Position numbers and translations under genes: made by a program | From: Patescibacteria group bacterium | Lineage (GTDB): Bacteria; Patescibacteriota; JABMPQ01 | DNA length: 64,000 nt | Assembly (NCBI GenBank): GCA_018818965.1 | Contig: JAHJQX010000024.1 | Span: 6,105 to 70,104, forward strand | Reading direction: 5' to 3' | The notes under the pieces: model-generated | Database searches by the model: none | What the model saw: only the letters and a program-made list of their open reading frames with translations | Told to the model about the DNA's origin: nothing | Shown: positions 57,678-64,000 of the stretch, one piece after another | Position numbering within the stretch: position 1 is the stretch's first letter | Layout: the number at the start of each line of letters is the position of its first letter

Positions 57678-57908
57678 ATAAAATGTCCCGAATGCGAAGG
57701 TGAGTTGGAACTATGGATGGTCCAGGGATGGTATGCTAGTGGACCATCGCCAAAATGTGGACATCAGTGTCCCACCTGCGACATCAAGCTACTCGAATAC
57801 ACTTCACTGTGCGGAGAGCCGATACTGATAAATATCTCACGGCAAGAACCGAGTGAGCCGATGGGTGAATTTATCACTAGAGAGCTGCAAAAACAGAACG
57901 CCAACTGA
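57678..57908 (+). CDS. Zinc-ribbon protein, probable non-ATG start
   Basis: In frame (I)KCPECEGEL...CPTC after SD aaaggag at 57665-57671. Confidence 0.5.
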   Translation: MKCPECEGELELWMVQGWYASGPSPKCGHQCPTCDIKLLEYTSLCGEPILINISRQEPSEPMGEFITRELQKQNAN

Positions 57909-57987
57909 CCTGTACCTTATTTCGTACGTTAAAAGGATCCAATTTAAGATCCTTTTTTTATTTTGGATCAATAACGTCTCAAAACAT

Positions 57988-59229
57988 TCAAGAAATTTTA
58001 CTCTCAACATCCAAAATCCTTGGCCGCCTGATAACAAAATAAACAAAGTATACCAATAAAATAACTCCTAATAATCCATAACCACTAAATATCGAGAAAT
58101 GGTCTGAAAAAAAGGCAAAACCTAGGCCGACCAGAATTGAAAATCCATTAAGAAATAGAGATTGAAATGATTCTACCGTCGCCCGGTGTTTTGAGTCGGT
58201 GTGATGATGGATATATCCTAAAACAAGCGGTGAAATTATTCCCAAGGCAAAGAAAGCCAGCAATAATGGAATAAGACTTAATAATGATTTTGTGTATAGC
58301 GAAAGAAGCACGAAGATAATTGCCAACAAGAGAATCAAAATTAAAGCTGAATTTAACTTGATTTTATTTTTCAATCGATGAGCGACAAATCCACCTGAGC
58401 CTTCCAGTAAAAGCCTAATTGAAGTGATTACGCCAAAGAACAATAAGGGTAAACTAATTGCTTGAAAAAATAATTGGCTATACTCATCTAACTCCATTAG
58501 GACTGCCCCGGTGATCACGCCATATAGGATTATGAATCTAAGACTTGAGTGGTTAAAAACAAATTTTCCGGCGTCTTTGATATGCTGCCAGTACTCCACT
58601 TCCTCAGTCGTCGTGTGAATTTTTGGCTCACGCATGGTTGCCGCGATTAAAAATGCTACGGGAATACTAAATAACGACCACCAATAGACACTTACTAAGC
58701 CCGAATAATGAGCAATCGCTCCACCCAAAACAATTGCCAGGCTATTCCCCAAATAATGAATAAATTTTTCCCGACCCAAAAATCTCTCAAAATTATTTTC
58801 TTCCTTAATGGTTTTTAGTGAATCATAGATTAAAGCGTTGGCAGTTCCGGATTTAAGTACTACTCCCAAAGCAGCAGTAATTGAGGCAATCGCGAACACC
58901 CAAAAATTGTAGGCAAAGATTGGCACCAGAAATTCAAAAAAGGCAAAAAAGGCACCTAGTAGCAATACATTTTTTCTACTCCATCTATCCGCCAATGCTC
59001 CCGAGGGAACTTCTAGAACTAACACGATCACAAAAAAGATAATATCCAAGTAAACCATTTGCGTGACCGAAAGTCCCCGCGCTTGCTGGAAAATTCTTTC
59101 AACCACATAAGCAAAAATAAAAGCCGAGAAGAAAGTGAATAAATAATACTTCCGCAGGTTGGCTCGTAATTTTTTTATGACTTGGCTATCCATGGCTGAT
59201 TTGATATTTTCTGAATTGTTTATTTCCAC
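57988..59229 (-). CDS. MFS transporter
   Basis: 'LEVPSGALADRWSRK', about 12 TM, 'HRATVES'. Confidence 0.9.
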   Translation of the reverse strand: MEINNSENIKSAMDSQVIKKLRANLRKYYLFTFFSAFIFAYVVERIFQQARGLSVTQMVYLDIIFFVIVLVLEVPSGALADRWSRKNVLLLGAFFAFFEFLVPIFAYNFWVFAIASITAALGVVLKSGTANALIYDSLKTIKEENNFERFLGREKFIHYLGNSLAIVLGGAIAHYSGLVSVYWWSLFSIPVAFLIAATMREPKIHTTTEEVEYWQHIKDAGKFVFNHSSLRFIILYGVITGAVLMELDEYSQLFFQAISLPLLFFGVITSIRLLLEGSGGFVAHRLKNKIKLNSALILILLLAIIFVLLSLYTKSLLSLIPLLLAFFALGIISPLVLGYIHHHTDSKHRATVESFQSLFLNGFSILVGLGFAFFSDHFSIFSGYGLLGVILLVYFVYFVIRRPRILDVESKIS

Positions 59230-59747
59230 GACTTGGATAATTTAATAATTTTAGTAATAAATTCTTTCTTGGCTTCAGTATAAGCTGCGCGGTCTTCGGC
59301 AAATTGTTCGGCCAGTTTTTCTTTGAGAGCGGTATATTCCTCGCGAGCTAACTTATTTTTTCGTAAGTAGTCGCGAAATAATATCGAATCCTGCCAGCCC
59401 GATTCGCTGCCCGCCAGCACGATACTAAGGTGGTGCGTTCTGTTTTCTTCTGGCCCCTTGGCAAAAAAATATCTATCAGGAAATTTGTGTCGGTAAGAAT
59501 ACCCTAATCCTCGTAGTGGCTCAATAAATCCTTCGATTATTGAATCATCCAGTGGAGAAACAGCCATCCTGATGTCAATTATTGGTTTGGCGGGAACGCC
59601 CGGTATGGCGGTGCTACCAACATGCTCAATGGCGACCATACGATCTTTAAAAGTATCCGCCAGCAATTTCTTTTCTTCGGCAAAAACCAGTGCCCACTCG
59701 TCATGCGCGCTAGCCAATTTTACTGTTCCACGTTTGAGACCAAGCAT
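59220..59747 (-). CDS. GrpB family (UPF0157) protein
   Basis: EHVGSTAIPG..AKPIIDI, FRDYLR, YTEAK..FI. Confidence 0.9.
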   Translation of the reverse strand: MLGLKRGTVKLASAHDEWALVFAEEKKLLADTFKDRMVAIEHVGSTAIPGVPAKPIIDIRMAVSPLDDSIIEGFIEPLRGLGYSYRHKFPDRYFFAKGPEENRTHHLSIVLAGSESGWQDSILFRDYLRKNKLAREEYTALKEKLAEQFAEDRAAYTEAKKEFITKIIKLSKSWK

Positions 59748-59771
59748 GAATTGTCTTTGGTAATTGATAAA

Positions 59772-60677
59772 TTATATTTGGATGGTGGTTTTAAAAACAA
59801 TCACTGCCTTCCCCATTATTTTCCCCAATAAGGGTTGTCCATTTTTATCTAAATCCATTATCACCTCTACTAACCCTGCTCGACCCACTGAAAATCCCTG
59901 CCTTACTTTGAATTTAAGTTGATTTTTCTCACTTGAGATTAGTTGATGTTTTATTAAATACGCTCCCAATGCTCCTCCTGAACTGCCATTAACGGGATCT
60001 TCATTAATCCCCATGGCCGGCCCAAACATTCTAGCATTAATAAAATATTTTGGATCGGGAGTATCTTTAGTAAAGACAAAATAACCATTACAGCCAACTT
60101 CTTGGCTAATATCGGTAAGTTTTGCATAATCCGGCTCAATATTTTTTAATTTACCATATGATTTTATACAAATCATTATTTTACTGTGACCAGTGGAAAC
60201 AATTTGCACTGGCACATTTTCCAAAAGATCATCGGGAGTAATTTTTAAGGCTTCACATATTTTATCGGTAATGTCTTTTCCAAATGGGGTCGCAAATTCT
60301 ATCTCTCCCTGAGTCATGACAATTTCATAATCATTATCTTCTCTGATTATATCAACTGGCAGGTTTCCTGCTTTGACTTTTTGAATAATCCTGGTAGTAG
60401 GCAGATTGTTTTCAATCGCCCGAGCATAATGAGCGGCTATCGTAGCGTGTCCACACATGGGCACTTCTGTCCTGGGAGTGAAAAATCGTACCTGGACATC
60501 ATGATCAGCCGCATTTGATGGGAAAATAAAAGCAGTTTCTGAATTATTCATTTCTCTGGCGATCATTTGCATGTCAGATTCTTTAAGACCCTCAGCATTT
60601 GTAATAACGCCAGCTGGATTACCAGTAAATTTTTCAGTTGTGAAGGAGTCGATTTGGTATAAATTGTATTTTTTCAT
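59772..60677 (-). CDS. PhzF-family isomerase
   Basis: GNPAGV, SETAF, RFFTP..EVPMCGHATIA, EDPVNGS. Confidence 0.92.
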   Translation of the reverse strand: MKKYNLYQIDSFTTEKFTGNPAGVITNAEGLKESDMQMIAREMNNSETAFIFPSNAADHDVQVRFFTPRTEVPMCGHATIAAHYARAIENNLPTTRIIQKVKAGNLPVDIIREDNDYEIVMTQGEIEFATPFGKDITDKICEALKITPDDLLENVPVQIVSTGHSKIMICIKSYGKLKNIEPDYAKLTDISQEVGCNGYFVFTKDTPDPKYFINARMFGPAMGINEDPVNGSSGGALGAYLIKHQLISSEKNQLKFKVRQGFSVGRAGLVEVIMDLDKNGQPLLGKIMGKAVIVFKTTIQI

Positions 60678-60722
60678 TTTATAACTTAGTCGCATTATTT
60701 CTCGAAAGATTAACCCAAATCA

Positions 60723-61517
60723 TCACTTTTTACAAACATAGAATATAGGTGATTTAAAAGAATTAAAACTCTTCGACAATGAAGCTTCCATTCCCTCGGC
60801 ATCTTTGCTAGACAACTCACTCATTCTTTTGCGCATTTCAATTTTAAAACCAGCATTTTTTATTTGTGACTCAACTTCTTTCTGACTGGTAAGATGAATA
60901 AACTGTTTTCGCCTGGTCCCTCCTTCCGAATAAGGGCGTTTAAAAAATAGATCACCAAAATCCACTTCTTTTACTTTAAATCCCAGCGGCTTCAATAAAT
61001 ATAATTTTATCCACTGGATTAGCCAAAAGAATAAATAATTGCCAGTATAATATCTTTGGTGTGCGACTAAAATAAAATACCCACCTGGCTTCATTGTCCG
61101 ATGAATTTCCGCCAGAGCCTTTTTGCGATTTTCCTTGCCAGGGATTTGCACCCAGCCATTGTTCGCAAATATAGCCCCAGCAAAATAGTTATCGGGAAAC
61201 TCAAGGCTAGTAGCGTCACCAACCCGATAATCAATATTTAGATTTTTAGATGAGGCTATCTTTTTTGCGCTGTCGATCATTTTGGGGGTGATATCAACGC
61301 CGATAACATCAAATCCCTTTTGTGTTAGCGCTATAGCAGTCCTACCTGACCCACAACCAATATCCAGTATTTTAGTTTCGGGCTTAAAATATTGGCTGAC
61401 CAATTTTTCTTCGCTTTCCCAAAAACCTCGTCTGGCAATTTCCGCATATCTTTCTTGTGTCCATCTTGAACCGAATTCATCAATACTCTCTTTTTTGATT
61501 TGTTCAATTTTGTTCAC
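60723..61517 (-). CDS. Class I SAM-dependent methyltransferase
   Basis: ILDIGCGSGR, GVDIT, GDATSL.F, KPGG. Confidence 0.88.
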   Translation of the reverse strand: MNKIEQIKKESIDEFGSRWTQERYAEIARRGFWESEEKLVSQYFKPETKILDIGCGSGRTAIALTQKGFDVIGVDITPKMIDSAKKIASSKNLNIDYRVGDATSLEFPDNYFAGAIFANNGWVQIPGKENRKKALAEIHRTMKPGGYFILVAHQRYYTGNYLFFWLIQWIKLYLLKPLGFKVKEVDFGDLFFKRPYSEGGTRRKQFIHLTSQKEVESQIKNAGFKIEMRKRMSELSSKDAEGMEASLSKSFNSFKSPIFYVCKK

Positions 61518-61541
61518 GGATTAAATATAATTTTTATCCTT

Positions 61542-62357
61542 CTATTTGGGGATATTTTTGGGATACGGAATTGGAAATACTCCTTTTAAATTCATTACTG
61601 TGGGTGAAGTAGTTTTTGCATTCATTTTTGCTATAAAACTGAATTTTTCAATAGCTAGAAGTTCGCTCGTACTCATTTCTGGATGATATTTGTTGACTAA
61701 ATCAGCTGCTTCTGGAGCAGTGAAATAACAAAGAATATGATTGGCTGCTTCGAGTAAACGCTTCAAAATATCTGTACGATAATACATAGATGTTTGATCT
61801 GACAAAACGCAAGACAATTTTTTTTCTTTACTAAGCACTATTTTTTCTAACACTTCTTCATTTATAAAGTTATGAGCTTCATCTAGCCCAAGCGTTCGAT
61901 TTTCGCCACTAGTAATTTGCAAAAACTGCTTCACTAGATAGATACCAAGATCTCTTGCTCCATCTGTACCTAAAGTTCTGTAGTCAAGTGTGCACAGAAG
62001 AAACTTTTGGGCGTCATTCTTCATTTCTTCAAAATCAATTTCTTGTTGGAATTTTTCAACATTTTCTTTAAAAGTGCCCATTCGTGCTTCAAATACCACA
62101 ACTTTGTCTACCTTGTCCGCCGGAATGTATGTTTGAATATCTTTCACGAGATCACCGTATGGATCAATAAACATACCACCCCGACTATTGTGGATGTCTG
62201 AAATTATGATGTCTTCAAGCGTAGCTGACTTGCCCTGCCCTGCACGACCGAATAAATGCATGATTCCAGGACGCTTTTCTAGGGGAAGACAAAAAATTTC
62301 TCCATTTTCTCGCACACCAATCGGCGTCAACCCCTCTTTTATAGTACTTGTGCTCAT
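61542..62357 (-). CDS. Compact HerA/VirD4-TraD-like P-loop protein
   Basis: GRAGQGKS, FIDPYGDL, LDEAHNF. Confidence 0.7.
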   Translation of the reverse strand: MSTSTIKEGLTPIGVRENGEIFCLPLEKRPGIMHLFGRAGQGKSATLEDIIISDIHNSRGGMFIDPYGDLVKDIQTYIPADKVDKVVVFEARMGTFKENVEKFQQEIDFEEMKNDAQKFLLCTLDYRTLGTDGARDLGIYLVKQFLQITSGENRTLGLDEAHNFINEEVLEKIVLSKEKKLSCVLSDQTSMYYRTDILKRLLEAANHILCYFTAPEAADLVNKYHPEMSTSELLAIEKFSFIAKMNAKTTSPTVMNLKGVFPIPYPKNIPK

Positions 62358-62370
62358 ATGAATAAGTTAG

Positions 62371-62781
62371 TTAATGATTAATTTGTTGGGAAAATGGGGT
62401 TTTTGGGTCCACCTTGACCTTATCATCTGGAATACTCGGTGCATGAATAGTAAAATAAATCGTATCTTCCACAAATTCTCCAAGGGTAATATTATTTGTG
62501 TCAATAAATAGAAAATCACCAGTTTTCACTTCCACCCGATCTTTATTAATGGTAAAAAAAGCCCTACCTTCCAATATTAACAATATCTCTACTTTTTTCT
62601 GATGATAATGACTAGGACAAACATGGCCTGCTTTCTGTTCTTTAAATTGAACCTCGACTTTGTCTGTCTTGCAAGGATGGCCTTCGTCAAAAAAAGATCC
62701 AATAAACCAACCTTTTCTATTCTCAAACTCAGAATACCGACCAATAAAATATTTACCGTTCTTTAATTTATTTTCGTCCAT
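62371..62781 (-). CDS. Cupin-domain protein
   Basis: HYHQKKVE...LEG...GD. Confidence 0.8.
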   Translation of the reverse strand: MDENKLKNGKYFIGRYSEFENRKGWFIGSFFDEGHPCKTDKVEVQFKEQKAGHVCPSHYHQKKVEILLILEGRAFFTINKDRVEVKTGDFLFIDTNNITLGEFVEDTIYFTIHAPSIPDDKVKVDPKTPFSQQINH

Positions 62782-62791
62782 AAGCTTTTGC

Positions 62792-64000
62792 TTAAATTTC
62801 TAACCCCCGCAACTCCCCCCAATTATCACCCACCTGCAAATCCACCTTTAGAGCCACATCAAGCTCATAGGCTCCTTCCATTATTTTCTTAACCTCCTGA
62901 GCCACTTCCTCCACCTTGTCATGCTTCACTTCAAACACTAACTCGTCATGTACTTGCAAAAGCATCCTCACTTCATTTTGTGTATCTGTGTTAATTCGCC
63001 TGTCCCGCAAGCTTGCGGGGTTCAAATCTGTACCAATCTGTGTCATTGCTAGATCCTTGGCCACCTCAATCATCGCTACCTTAATAATATCAGCGCTTGT
63101 CCCCTGTACCGGCATATTAATCGCCATCCGCTCGGCTGCCGCCACTTGCGGGCCTTTGCCAGTCAATTCCGGCAAATAACGTCGTCGTCCCAACAAAGTT
63201 TCGACATAACCCTTCTCCCGGGCAAACTTTATCGTCTCATCAATGTATTTCTGTAAAGCGGGAAAACTAGCAAAGTAATTATCAATAAATTTCTTCGCTT
63301 CGGCTCGACTAATATCTAACCGTTGCGCCAAGCCAAACGCTCCCATGCCATACAACACGCCAAAATTCACCGTCTTAGCCATCCGTCGTTCGCTTTTATC
63401 AATCGCTCCAATGTCTTTTTTAAAAATAATAGCCGCCGTAGCCGCGTGAATGTCCTGATCCTGGGCAAAAGCAGCCAGCAAGTTCTTATCCTGCGCAATG
63501 TGCGCCACTACCCGCAAATCGATCTGCGAATAATCGACCGAAAGTAACGTCCAACCTGCCTCGCCGGCAGGCAGGCTCGATTCCGCCACAAAAGCTTGTC
63601 GAATCTGCCGTCCCACCTGTGTCCGCACGGGGATATTTTGCAGATTAGGATCCGAGGAAGATAGTCGCCCGGTGGCCGTTACTGTTTGATTAAAGCTAGT
63701 GTGTACTCGGCCAGTTTTGGCGTTGACTAGCTTTGGCAAAGCATCAAGGTAGGTATTTTTTAACTTCACCAACTCTCGATATTGCTCGATCAAGGGGACA
63801 ATCTTGTGTTTTCCTTTAATTTTAGCCAACTCAGGAGCCGCCGTAGAATAGCCAGTGGTTGTTTTTTTGACGCCCTCGGCTGATATCTTGAGCTGCGCGA
63901 ATAATATTTTCGACAGCTGCTGGGTAGAATTAATATTGAAAGCTTTCGTGTCAGCTTTTTCGTAGATTTTAGCCGTCAAACCTTCCACTTTCTTGCTAAC
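62792..64000 (-). CDS. polA: DNA polymerase I, polymerase domain (5' part outside window)
   Basis: TGRLSSSDPNLQNIP, DYSQIDLR, AKTVNFGVLYG, NMPVQGTSADIIK, LLQVHDEL. Confidence 0.98.
   Translation of the reverse strand, partial: VSKKVEGLTAKIYEKADTKAFNINSTQQLSKILFAQLKISAEGVKKTTTGYSTAAPELAKIKGKHKIVPLIEQYRELVKLKNTYLDALPKLVNAKTGRVHTSFNQTVTATGRLSSSDPNLQNIPVRTQVGRQIRQAFVAESSLPAGEAGWTLLSVDYSQIDLRVVAHIAQDKNLLAAFAQDQDIHAATAAIIFKKDIGAIDKSERRMAKTVNFGVLYGMGAFGLAQRLDISRAEAKKFIDNYFASFPALQKYIDETIKFAREKGYVETLLGRRRYLPELTGKGPQVAAAERMAINMPVQGTSADIIKVAMIEVAKDLAMTQIGTDLNPASLRDRRINTDTQNEVRMLLQVHDELVFEVKHDKVEEVAQEVKKIMEGAYELDVALKVDLQVGDNWGELRGLEI
62975..63047. repeat. Repeat-derived in-frame insertion in polA
   Basis: 16-bp palindrome cccgcaagcttgcggg (63004-63019) flanked by three atctgt(g/a) units. 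Confidence 0.6.
63555..63575. repeat. LPAGRQ-type palindrome inserted in frame in polA
   Basis: cctgcctcgccggcaggcagg, encodes (S)LPAGEAG just before motif A; related to 11022-11045. Confidence 0.75.

Noticed and set aside
1-64000. CRISPR array, rRNA, intact transposase, alternative genetic code
   Set aside because: No regularly spaced repeats or such genes seen; TGA ends conserved genes (e.g. nfo) at the expected position

Overview
Bacterial chromosomal window that reads in the standard code (TGA = stop). The gene content suggests Patescibacteria/CPR (inference): type IV pilus locus without a secretin, ppsA/fba, little biosynthesis, core genes mostly without Shine-Dalgarno sites, and LPAGRQ/PSTGSG-type palindromic repeats. 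Core blocks: tig-CBS-nfo-...-suhB-UDG; jag-yidC-yidD-rnpA-rpmH (dnaA not adjacent); tRNA-Ser(CGA); DnaQ-DinG fusion; infB-rbfA-DHH-fba-cdaA-cdaR; a 1252-aa surface protein; a membrane-anchored single-AAA Clp protein; probable 6S RNA-rny-UvrD-ppsA; a pilB/C-minor pilin-pilMNOP locus; rpsO-NYN-pnp plus two DUF3352-like genes; xer; rpsT; holA; and the 3' part of polA followed by accessory genes. The main unexplained signal is a ~350-nt structured non-coding transcription unit (11438-11786, minus strand). It has a near-consensus sigma70 promoter, an intrinsic terminator, a cUUCGg-capped rod, four GGUAAG repeats and mutually exclusive pairings, and lies beside a cluster of DnaA-box-like sites. Other highlights: further structured RNA/attenuator candidates, palindromic elements inserted in frame in polA and uvrD, a DUF11 domain split by two TM helices, a likely helicase-dead DinG, a VanX-like gene split at a G7 tract, and a boxA-like+SD motif before GC-rich orphan genes. 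No CRISPR array, rRNA or intact transposase was seen. All family assignments come from motifs read by eye, not database searches.
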